The notes under the pieces: generated by a model
Told to the model about the DNA's origin: nothing
The model's input: the letters and a program-made list of their open reading frames with translations, nothing else
Database searches by the model: none
Shown: in pieces, positions 39,101-46,664 of the stretch
Layout: each line of letters starts with the position of its first letter
Numbering within the stretch: the stretch's first letter is position 1
Position numbers and translations under genes: made by a program
Assembly: GCA_037441385.1 (NCBI GenBank)
Contig: JBBISH010000010.1
Location: forward strand, 1 to 64,000
Direction: 5' to 3'
Length of the DNA stretch: 64,000 nucleotides
DNA from: Myxococcales bacterium
GTDB lineage: Bacteria > Myxococcota_A > UBA9042

Positions 39101-39409
39101 CACTGCGGCGCCCATGTCGGCGCTGGCGTCCCAGCTGACGCTGTCCTGGGCCACGCTGGTGTCCGGCCCGTAGTTCCACGTTCCGGAGGAGTCGGCGGCG
39201 GACGTGTCCATACCGCCCCAGGTGGTGGTGTCCTTGGCCGTGCTCCAACCGCCGGACGCCAAGTCGGCCATGGCGGTGTCGCCCCCGGCGCTGGTGTCGG
39301 TCGTCGTGGACCAGCCCGTAGCGTTCGCGCCGGAGCTGCTGCCGGTGTCGCTGCAGCCCGAAGCCCAGGCGATCAGCGCGAATATGGCAATCCAGTGACG
39401 CTTATGCAT
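36146..39409 (-). CDS. Lipoprotein with VIT, vWA, TPR-like and DUF2135 domains
   Basis: ASGC lipobox; VIT-like VQIEGLRARTLVD; MIDAS motif DTSRS; C-terminal LTWNVDATDIDLWVTDP...GGYGPE. Confidence 0.88.
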   Translation of the reverse strand: MHKRHWIAIFALIAWASGCSDTGSSSGANATGWSTTTDTSAGGDTAMADLASGGWSTAKDTTTWGGMDTSAADSSGTWNYGPDTSVAQDSVSWDASADMGAAVPSEAEQTAQVWNQLVEAASFAQVSIGGQGKLELVDVRVTVQIEGLRARTLVDHIYRNPTSQTVQGTFRYNLPPDSSVSYYAMFAGQPKVTPQFFGPGDPLLGKDDESVATTSAEDTANFADQSQWGTLHEAKIAGQVQATQAYEGEIAKKIDPALGEVVGANTFEAKVYPIAANGYNRVLIAYEQTLPRVKGKLRYTYAVPKTDLASKSGQVKHFEFTSVTKKDANGAVTWVGNLDSVVNKDSKTASVAKVALDGPLAGGVLAWDLATAATEVDVLTGTDPTTGHGYSHIRLQPILDELTSGDNYSPRAVFLLDTSRSEHQRFASSMKLLEGVLAQSPKITEFQIITFDVGARWLGAAWLPNTPEGRQAAKNALDGLVLEGATDFGAALRALTKPPMPLPADKTLDVFVLSDGSLNWGDVGLSSLLGRYQSETPWQARFFSYRIGVGSENSALYQALVQSSGAVFNCEGGDPVLACATAHHGAGLHIDSVQVVGDGALGAQLADLVVAGRQATLFSGGSLQLAARVTKFGPAKVIVSGTVPGLGAKTLEFAVDLQPKGQLAPRAWAEIAVALLADAHDPKLEKLTLALSQHFRVASAAASFLVLESEAAYAKYNIVDESKALADADLSALLGLADKVAAQAWTTWNRLDAVLQNYKSTSKLAELNGGQFYAQLQALAPQGELQLPDSTTPIPLVKAGEVPASYLALTKQAQVDAFDPLPWFQEADARRTAGKTGAAIRALSTPVENLSGDPEYARLIGYQLKAWDEGPLAAGILLNVLEKRPFEPQSYRDLAGAIGLSRPVVTAMLYEAALAGTWDNKFKSLKTVIGEEYALFAASVLASGAKPAISNFLTQRMSELYLLAPTGQLRVTLTWNVDATDIDLWVTDPLGEKCYYSHKILKSGGQLLDDLTGGYGPERFEAKQVIPGKYLIQASYYDSTSVQQNPLIFINATIQTHLGQPDQTTQGVTAVLKTKKQVVTLGEVWFK

Positions 39410-39474
39410 GACTTCCTCCCTGGGGGGCCGGGCGCGCGGGCGCCGGCGGCAGACGACGTGTGCCGTCCCAGTAC

Positions 39475-39489
39475 GCAAAGAGCGTGCCA
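39475..39489 (-). promoter_or_regulatory. Sigma54 -24/-12 promoter for the VIT/vWA operon
   Basis: Minus strand TGGCACG-CTCT-TTGC, 65 bp upstream of ATG 39409. Confidence 0.8.
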
Positions 39490-39734
39490 GCCGAGCTTCA
39501 TTGCTAAGTCGTGCAAATAAATAGGAAGTTTGCTGGAAACCGCCGATTCGCGGTGTTGAGAAACGCGGCATGTCGAAAAATACAACACTTGCGCGTGTAG
39601 ATTTTTGCTGCACTCCGCTGTGGTTGGGCGACTTGGCCCAGCCATGGCCGTGGCCTGGGCCTGGCTTGCGCAACCGCCGGCCTTGGATGGGCAAAGCACG
39701 GACCCCTGCTCGGGATTCGCCCGCGCCCTGCGGA

Positions 39735-41786
39735 CTACCGGAGCCGGTCGAGCTCGGCCCTGCGTCGCCGCAGCCAGATCGCCGTCGCCACCGCCAGCAG
39801 CAGGGCCGCCACCTGCGCCTGCGGCGAACGCAGCACGCCCAAACCACCGCCATAGACCTTGCCGGTCAGGGTTGCGTCGCTGGGTGGCGGCTGCCAGCCG
39901 GTGGCCGGCTTCAAGACGGTGCCCGCCGGCAGCGACGGGAAACCGGGCTTGGCGCCGGCAATGGCCGTGTCGACCAGGTCGACCTGGGTGGGAGCGACCG
40001 GCTTGGCGCCCGCCACCTCGTCCAGCAACTCGACCTGCAAGGCCGCCGGCGCCGAAGAGAATCGCGAATCCAGCAGCAGGCCGCCGTTCACCGTCAGCCA
40101 GCTGCCCAGGTCCGGCACCGTCACGCGAACCCGGTTCGACGGATACCAACCATCGGTGCAGGCGTAGTTGGCCCGGACCGTGTGCTCGTTGTCCACGTTG
40201 GGCAGCTTGGAATCAAAGGCGAATTGCGGATCGCGGTCCATCTCTTCGGGCGAGATGAACAGCGCCAGGCGAGTCAGCGTGCGCTGTTGCTGGAGCGCCG
40301 CGAGCATCGGCGCGATCGCCGCCGTTTCCGGAGGTGGCGGCGGCAGATACGCGGCCATCCGCTGGACCAGCAGCTTGCCCTGGACGGGCAGATCGTAGAG
40401 CAGCCCATCGTAGGCCCGCAGCCCGGTCTTGAGCTTGAGGTAGACGTCCACGGGGTTTTTCTGCTGCTTCAGGGTCGCCGCCAGATGCACCACCGGCTCC
40501 AGGATCGCCACGCTGGCCGCGTCGATCGGCACGTCGTACTGCTGTAGAAACGCGGTAAGGCCCGCCAGATTCTCCACTTTGGCCAGATCGCCGGCCGCTG
40601 ACCGTGGCAGGCGGAGCGCCGGACCAGGCTCGTACAGTCCCAGCTGGTCGCCGTACTGCGAGCGCCGCTGTGCCATTTCGAGGAGGCTGGGCACCTGCAA
40701 GCTGTTGATCGGCCCCGAGAATTCGGTGGTGAACGCATGCCCGCCGGCCTCGTCGATCGCCGCCGACAGCACCTGCTGGTAGTTGCTGGCGCCGCCCAAC
40801 CAGTTGAGCCGCACCGGGTTCGGCGTGACGTGCAGCGTGTTCTTGGGCAGGGCCCGCGCCGGACCCGCCAGGAACACCACCACCGACGTGTCTTGCACCG
40901 CGGCGATCGAGGTCAGCCGCAGCGGCACGCAGGCCTCTACCGTGGGCATTTCCAGGGCAATCGGCTTGATCTCTTGCACGCCGGTCGGGTTGGCCAAGCG
41001 CACCGCCAAGAACACGTCGCCCTTGGCCACATGCGCCGCGATGATCGGCCCAGCTTCGGCCGGCACCGCGTAGCCGTTGCTGTTCAGCCACGCAGTCAGC
41101 GCTTTGGGGTCTTTGCTGTCGATGACGACGTAGTCGTACGGGCCGGTCTGGTCGTGCGCTTTCAGTTGCACTTTGGACGAGCGCTTCAGGTCGCTCTCGT
41201 CGGCTTGCGCCGCCGCTGGGTAGCCGCCGGCGCCCGAGGTGTAGCTCTCTTGGCTGCTGACCGAGTACCCCGCGCCGCTAGAAGTCAGGCTGCCGCCACC
41301 GCAACCGCCAGCGTAGGCCACGTCTTGCGATTCGGGCCGAGGCGGAGCGCTCCTGCTGGTCCCGATCCGCGAATCGGCCCGGCCGGGGCTCTTCGCGGGC
41401 GGCTGCCAGTATTCGCAGTTCTCGTCGCTGCCCTGCTGCACCTGGAAGCGGGGCAGCGTCGCTAGGTCCAGCCGGTCGAACAGCCACGACTCGCCCACGC
41501 CCACCTTGGGCACCTTGGGCAGTGGCAGCACCCAAGCAAACGCCGAGGACGGCCCGTTGTAGCGAATCTCGATCCAAACCCGCGTCACGCCGTGTTCGGG
41601 GTCGGCGACGAACAGCACGCGCTCGCCCACCTGCTGGATGGGTGCCGGAGCCGGGGTGGCGCTGGCGCCCATGTCGGGACCAAAGCAGCCACCGCAAGCC
41701 CAGGCTGGCGCGGGGAGTCCCCCAATCACGGTCGTGGCCAGGGCCAGGCCCAGGGTCGACCTGGCAAGAATTCGGCGCAGGATCAT
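39735..41786 (-). CDS. DUF2330-domain secreted protein with C-terminal membrane anchor
   Basis: AAGGAGG RBS; AWA/CGGCF start of the mature protein; FAWVLPLP, WLNSNGY and CVPLRLT motifs; terminal TM plus RRRR. Confidence 0.9.
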   Translation of the reverse strand: MILRRILARSTLGLALATTVIGGLPAPAWACGGCFGPDMGASATPAPAPIQQVGERVLFVADPEHGVTRVWIEIRYNGPSSAFAWVLPLPKVPKVGVGESWLFDRLDLATLPRFQVQQGSDENCEYWQPPAKSPGRADSRIGTSRSAPPRPESQDVAYAGGCGGGSLTSSGAGYSVSSQESYTSGAGGYPAAAQADESDLKRSSKVQLKAHDQTGPYDYVVIDSKDPKALTAWLNSNGYAVPAEAGPIIAAHVAKGDVFLAVRLANPTGVQEIKPIALEMPTVEACVPLRLTSIAAVQDTSVVVFLAGPARALPKNTLHVTPNPVRLNWLGGASNYQQVLSAAIDEAGGHAFTTEFSGPINSLQVPSLLEMAQRRSQYGDQLGLYEPGPALRLPRSAAGDLAKVENLAGLTAFLQQYDVPIDAASVAILEPVVHLAATLKQQKNPVDVYLKLKTGLRAYDGLLYDLPVQGKLLVQRMAAYLPPPPPETAAIAPMLAALQQQRTLTRLALFISPEEMDRDPQFAFDSKLPNVDNEHTVRANYACTDGWYPSNRVRVTVPDLGSWLTVNGGLLLDSRFSSAPAALQVELLDEVAGAKPVAPTQVDLVDTAIAGAKPGFPSLPAGTVLKPATGWQPPPSDATLTGKVYGGGLGVLRSPQAQVAALLLAVATAIWLRRRRAELDRLR

Positions 41787-41906
41787 GGACGCCTCCTTGG
41801 GGATCATGAAGTTCTCTGTGACTTTTGCGACCACCCGGCGCCGTGTCAAATGGCGCGCTCCGCAGCATGACATTTTGATCCGACTGTACACACCCAGCCG
41901 AAATCA

Positions 41907-41971
41907 TACGGATTCCGTCTAGATCGGCTGGTGAATTCCGGCAATTCTTCGGGCCCGAACCGGGGTTCGTA
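41907..41971 (-). mobile_element. MITE-like repeat, copy E (65-bp internal-deletion form)
   Basis: Both termini retained (TACGGATTCC...GGGGTTCGTA); flanked by TCA (41904-41906) and TCA (41972-41974). Confidence 0.8.
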
Positions 41972-42056
41972 TCAGAGCGAGTTCTAGCGAGCTGGGCGGC
42001 CGCAACTCCTGGGCGCACTGCGTCCCTGGGGGAGCGGAACGGCTTGCCTGCCCTCC

Positions 42057-42188
42057 TACGCGCCCCACCTGATTCGCGCCTACACGGCTTTTCTGACCCG
42101 CCCTGCAACTGGCGAGAATCAGGCGGGGACCCCGGTTCGGGCCCGAAAAATCGCCCGTGTTTTCGATCCGATTCGGATGGAACTGGGA
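42057..42188 (+). mobile_element. 132-bp MITE-like repeat, copy B
   Basis: Colinear with copy A; flanks TCC/TCA. Confidence 0.85.
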
Positions 42189-42267
42189 TCAGCCGTCCGG
42201 GGCACTTGCCTGGCAAAACCAGCAAGATATTCTCGCACTCGCCGGTGATCCGGTTGCGAGAGTCGTC

Positions 42268-42483
42268 ATGCCCCACGCTTGGATGCGCAAGCTCCTGGTC
42301 GCGCTGCTGACCGCCGGCACGCTGGCCGCGCCCATCGAAGCCCGCGCCGACCTGAAAAAGGCCTGGAGCGAGGTCAAGGCTTCGGCCAAGTCCGGCAAGG
42401 ACAAGGTGAAGCAGAAGACCAAGAAAGTGCTGAAAAAGGCCAAGGAAAAGGCCAAGAAGGTCAAGAAGGCCGTGGTGGACTAG
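42268..42483 (+). CDS. Small secreted Lys-rich protein
   Basis: Signal peptide ending ARA, then DLKKAWSEVK...KKAVVD; strong codon bias. Start is 42268 or 42283. Confidence 0.7.
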   Translation: MPHAWMRKLLVALLTAGTLAAPIEARADLKKAWSEVKASAKSGKDKVKQKTKKVLKKAKEKAKKVKKAVVD

Positions 42484-42489
42484 AAGGGG

Positions 42490-43530
42490 CTACATGCACG
42501 GGCCGGCGACAATGAGCTTGCCGCTGCAGTTGGAGTACCACCCCTCGGACGAGGTGCCGACGCCTTCGCATAGTGCGCTGCAATTCTTGCACTGATCCCA
42601 TGCGGGGAAACCGCCCGCCGTGTAGATGGGCGTCATGCTGCAACTATCGAACCAGCCTTCGCTCTTTGAGCCGATCGCGCCGCAGATCGGCTCGCAAACC
42701 ATCGATGCGTCGCTGCCAGCGTCGTAGGGCGGCACGTCGTAGCCGCCGCTGTCGTAGCTGCCGGCGTCGTAGCTGCTGCCGTCACTGCCCCAGGCGTCGC
42801 TGCTGGCGCAGGTGCCGCAGCCAAACTGGCTGACTTCGTTCACGCAGGTAGAGTCCCAGGCGGTGTTGCAGCAGTATATGTCCTTGCTGCAGACGCAACT
42901 CGCGATGGCGCCATCGCTGCAACTGGGGGCGCCGCTTTGACAGCAGCTGTGGGCGCTCGCGTCTGGCGGTACGTCCGGCCAAACGTCGTTGCCGTTCAGG
43001 TCGTAGCTGGCGTCGCCCTGCCAGGTGTCGGAGGGCCACGTGTCGGAGGGCCACGTGTCGTAGGACCCCGAGTCGTAGGGCCACGTCTCGTAGGGCCAGG
43101 TGTCGTACGAGCCCGTGTCGTAGGATCCTGTGTCGTAGGGCCAGGTTTCACCCTGCCACGCGTCGCCCTGCCACGTGTCGTACGGTTTGGGGGCGTCCTC
43201 GCTGTTGGCGTCCCAGGGGTTGCCGTCTTGCAGGACCACGTCGGCCGAGCCGCTATCGTAGCCGCCGCTGTCCCAAACCGTGGAATCCGTGCTGCCGGCG
43301 TCGGAGCCTTGGCCGTCGCTGCCCAGGCTGTCCTCGCTCAGCGTGTCTGGGGTGGCGCCGCCGTCGCCGCTGGGGGTGGCGTCGCCGGCCAGACCTGCGC
43401 CGTCCTCGCTTTGATAGGGGTAGTAACCGCCATTGCTTACGTTGACACCGCAGCCGACCGCCGCCACCGCGAGCGCCAGCAGTGCGGCGTGGGACAGCCA
43501 GGACAGGGGGTTCCAGGGAGCGCTACGCAT
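42490..43530 (-). CDS. Acidic lipoprotein with pentapeptide-period repeats and Cys-rich modules
   Basis: AVGC lipobox; (P/S)YDT(W/G) repeats; duplicated C-x2-(I/V)G-x2-SEGW motif. Confidence 0.85.
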   Translation of the reverse strand: MRSAPWNPLSWLSHAALLALAVAAVGCGVNVSNGGYYPYQSEDGAGLAGDATPSGDGGATPDTLSEDSLGSDGQGSDAGSTDSTVWDSGGYDSGSADVVLQDGNPWDANSEDAPKPYDTWQGDAWQGETWPYDTGSYDTGSYDTWPYETWPYDSGSYDTWPSDTWPSDTWQGDASYDLNGNDVWPDVPPDASAHSCCQSGAPSCSDGAIASCVCSKDIYCCNTAWDSTCVNEVSQFGCGTCASSDAWGSDGSSYDAGSYDSGGYDVPPYDAGSDASMVCEPICGAIGSKSEGWFDSCSMTPIYTAGGFPAWDQCKNCSALCEGVGTSSEGWYSNCSGKLIVAGPCM

Positions 43531-43693
43531 CGGTTACCTCGGCAGGCCGGTCCATCGGTGCCGACGGCAGTGTAGCACAACCGCGCCTTGTTGGTGGGCG
43601 ACGTCCTCGCCGCGCCGATGCAGCGTGCTATCTTGGGCGTGGCGGGTGCAGCAAGCCGCGGTCGATGCCAGGTCCGCGGCGCAAAGGTGCGCC

Positions 43694-45022
43694 ATGACCC
43701 GCAACAAAATCTTGATCCTGGGCGCCGCCGGCCGCGACTTCCACAACTTCAACATGGTCTATCGCCACGATCCGGCTTGCGAGGTGGTCGGCTTTACCGC
43801 CGCGCAAATCCCTGGAATCGACACGCGGATCTACCCGGCCGAGCTGAGCGGTCCGCTCTACCCTACCGGTCTGCCGATTTGGCCCGAGCGCGATTTTGAG
43901 GCGCGTGTGCGCGAACTGGAGGTGGACACCGTGGTCTTGGCCTATTCGGACCTGGCCCACGCCGAGGTGATGCACCTGGCCTCGCGGGCGCTGGCGGCTG
44001 GCGCGAATTTCCAGCTGTTGGGGCCGCGGCACACCATGGTTCGGGCTGAGCGGCCCGTGATCGCCGTGTGCGCGGTTCGGACCGGCTGCGGCAAGTCGCA
44101 GACCACTCGCTTTGTTGCGGACCGCTTGCGCGAGCACGGCAAAAAGGCCGTGATCGTGCGGCATCCCATGCCCTACGGCGACCTGGCCGCCCAAGCGGTG
44201 CAGCGCCTGGCCAGCTATGCCGACCTTGAGCGCCACGCCTGCACCATCGAAGAGCGCGAAGAGTACGAACTGCACATCGATCGCGGCTACGTGGTGTATG
44301 CCGGCGTGGACTACCAGGCCATCGTGCGCCGCGCCACGCAAGAGTGCGACGTGTTGCTCTGGGACGGCGGCAACAACGACTTGCCGTTTGTCCAACCAGA
44401 CTTGTGGGTGACCGTGGCCGATCCCCTGCGCCCTGGGCACGAGACGGAATTCTATCCCGGCGAAGCCAACTTGCGGGCCGCGGACGTGGTCGTCGTGGCC
44501 AAGGCGACCGATGCGCCTGCGGACCAGGTGCAAGCAGTGCGGAGGGCCGCTCAGCGGGCCAATCCCAGCGCCACGGTCCTGAGCGCTGGGTCGCGTCTGG
44601 TGGTGCCCGACGGCGAGCAACTCCGCGGCAAGCGCGTGCTTTTGGTCGACGATGGGCCGACCTTGACCCACGGCGGCATGCCCTTTGGCGCGGCGCAGGT
44701 AGCGGCTCTGCGCTGCGGCGCCGGCGAACTGGCGGATCCGCGGCCGCACGCGGTGGGGTCGATTGCACAGACCTTTAGCAAGTATCCGCACTTGCAGCAT
44801 ACGTTGCCGGCCATGGGCTACAGCGCGAGCCAGGTGGCCGAGCTCGAGGCGACCATCGCGGCCACCCCGTGCGATGTGGTGGTGTACGCGACCCCAATCG
44901 ATCTGGGGCGGCTGCTGCGGCTGACCAAGGCGGCGGTGCGGGTGCAGTACGAGTACGAGGAGCTGGAGCAGCCCGGCCTGGGCGGGATTATCGATGATTT
45001 TGCCCGACTTTTGCACAGTTGA
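43694..45022 (+). CDS. Cyclic 2,3-diphosphoglycerate synthetase-like P-loop NTPase
   Basis: GAAGRDFHNFN, VRTGCGKS, RHPMPYG, EEREEYE, WDGGNND and DGPTLTHGGM motifs. Confidence 0.9.
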   Translation: MTRNKILILGAAGRDFHNFNMVYRHDPACEVVGFTAAQIPGIDTRIYPAELSGPLYPTGLPIWPERDFEARVRELEVDTVVLAYSDLAHAEVMHLASRALAAGANFQLLGPRHTMVRAERPVIAVCAVRTGCGKSQTTRFVADRLREHGKKAVIVRHPMPYGDLAAQAVQRLASYADLERHACTIEEREEYELHIDRGYVVYAGVDYQAIVRRATQECDVLLWDGGNNDLPFVQPDLWVTVADPLRPGHETEFYPGEANLRAADVVVVAKATDAPADQVQAVRRAAQRANPSATVLSAGSRLVVPDGEQLRGKRVLLVDDGPTLTHGGMPFGAAQVAALRCGAGELADPRPHAVGSIAQTFSKYPHLQHTLPAMGYSASQVAELEATIAATPCDVVVYATPIDLGRLLRLTKAAVRVQYEYEELEQPGLGGIIDDFARLLHS

Positions 45023-45049
45023 GCCGGGTGCGCAGGGCCGCTTGCCGCA

Positions 45050-46204
45050 CTACTCCAGGTTGCGACCGTCGACCTCGGCGCCCCGCGCCAGCCAACGCTC
45101 GGCGGCCCGCTGCCCGGCGGTGTACATGGCCAGCATCGCGTTGCGCTCAAAGTACAGGTACGACCCGGCGTCGAAGGGCTCGGCCTCGTCGGGGCGGATG
45201 GCGCGCAACAGTTCGATCTCGCGCAGCCTGGGGTCACCGTGGCGGCGGGCCAATTCGTTGCGATCCAGCAGCAGCTTGCGGTCGGTGTTGTAGGCGTTCT
45301 CCAGGAACGTGTCGGCCAGGCGCTCGATGGCATTGCCCATGGTTTTGACGGGTTGTGGGGCATGGTTGGGCGGCATCGTCACCAGCACCGGCACGATCTG
45401 CCGCGCGCCCAGGGCCACCGCCGGCGCCAGCGGCGTATTGACCAGCACACCGCCGTCCCACAGCGTCTGCGTGCCCACCTCTACGGGATTGAACAGGATC
45501 GGGATCGACGCGCTGGCCAAAATCATGTCCAGCGACAGCGCCGGCTCGTAGCGGTAGTGGCCCGACGCGGTAATCGCCTTGTCTGGCTTGTGGTTGACGA
45601 TGCGCACGACCTTGCCGGTCTGGATGTCGACCGTGTTGATGGCCAGCCGCACGGGCGTATCGCGCAGCTCGCGGGCGCCGATGGCCTTGGCAATCCGCTC
45701 GCGCACCAATTCGGTCGAAAACAGGTACGAGGTCTGGATGCCCGCGAGCAAGCTCGACAGGTTGTCAAAGCGTGCGGTCATCAGGAATTCCAGCAGCATC
45801 GCCAAACGGCCGCTTTCGCGGTACCAGCTGTGCTTGCGGACCAGATCCACGGCGACCAGGGCCTCGCGGCGGCGCAGCGACAGGCTGCGGGTCGGCTCGC
45901 GGACGGCCAAGCGCAGCAACTCGCGGCCCAGCGAGCGAAAGAACTCCTCGTTGGCCTTCACCGGCGGTCGGTCGGCAAGATCCAGCCAAAAGTCCAGGAT
46001 TTGTGCCGGCTTCAGGCCTGCGGCGATCAGCGCACCATTCAGCGCGCCGGCCGATGTGCCGCTGATGACGTCGGGCTGGCGGCCCAGTCCGCGCGAGTCG
46101 ACGTACAGGGTGTGCCAGACGCCGGCTTGGAATGCGCCGCGCGCGCCGCCGCCCGACAGGACGAGGCCGATGGGTTTTTCTGGGTGGAGGGCAAAGCGGT
46201 TCAT
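45050..46204 (-). CDS. Patatin-like phospholipase
   Basis: GGGARG, GTSAG and DGG motifs. Confidence 0.92.
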   Translation of the reverse strand: MNRFALHPEKPIGLVLSGGGARGAFQAGVWHTLYVDSRGLGRQPDVISGTSAGALNGALIAAGLKPAQILDFWLDLADRPPVKANEEFFRSLGRELLRLAVREPTRSLSLRRREALVAVDLVRKHSWYRESGRLAMLLEFLMTARFDNLSSLLAGIQTSYLFSTELVRERIAKAIGARELRDTPVRLAINTVDIQTGKVVRIVNHKPDKAITASGHYRYEPALSLDMILASASIPILFNPVEVGTQTLWDGGVLVNTPLAPAVALGARQIVPVLVTMPPNHAPQPVKTMGNAIERLADTFLENAYNTDRKLLLDRNELARRHGDPRLREIELLRAIRPDEAEPFDAGSYLYFERNAMLAMYTAGQRAAERWLARGAEVDGRNLE

Positions 46205-46416
46205 ACCGTGGTTATAGCGCGCAAGCGCGCCACGGCAACTTTCCTGGCTTGGCCGGTCCGGCTGAGCGGTCGGGCGGCTGGGGCTGGCGACGACCACACA
46301 ACCATGGCAATTGCGGCGCAACGCCAATTGACGGGTCCTGCGCCGATGCTACAGTGATTGGCGGGCGTTGGGCGCCTGGGCCAAGCGGCCCGCGGCGGCA
46401 GTCCGGCGCCACAAAG

Positions 46417-46468
46417 GGTCGCAATAAACGGTCGCAATAAACGGTCGCAATAAAGGGTCGCAACGAAG
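46417..46468. repeat. Intergenic 13-bp tandem repeat x4
   Basis: GGTCGCAATAAAC GGTCGCAATAAAC GGTCGCAATAAAG GGTCGCAACGAAG. Confidence 0.9.
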
Positions 46469-46664
46469 GGTTAGTGCAGAATCGAGTTCTTTTTTGCGGA
46501 CGGCTGCTTCCTGCTAGGTGGGTCACGAGTGTCCGCCCCGTCAACGCGTCGCACCGCTACACAAGCATGCGAACGATCACGAAATTCCAACATCGCCCCA
46601 ACGCGGGCGGGTCTTTTTGACCCATTGGCCAATTGCAGTGGCGAACTCCTCATCCGATGATGCG

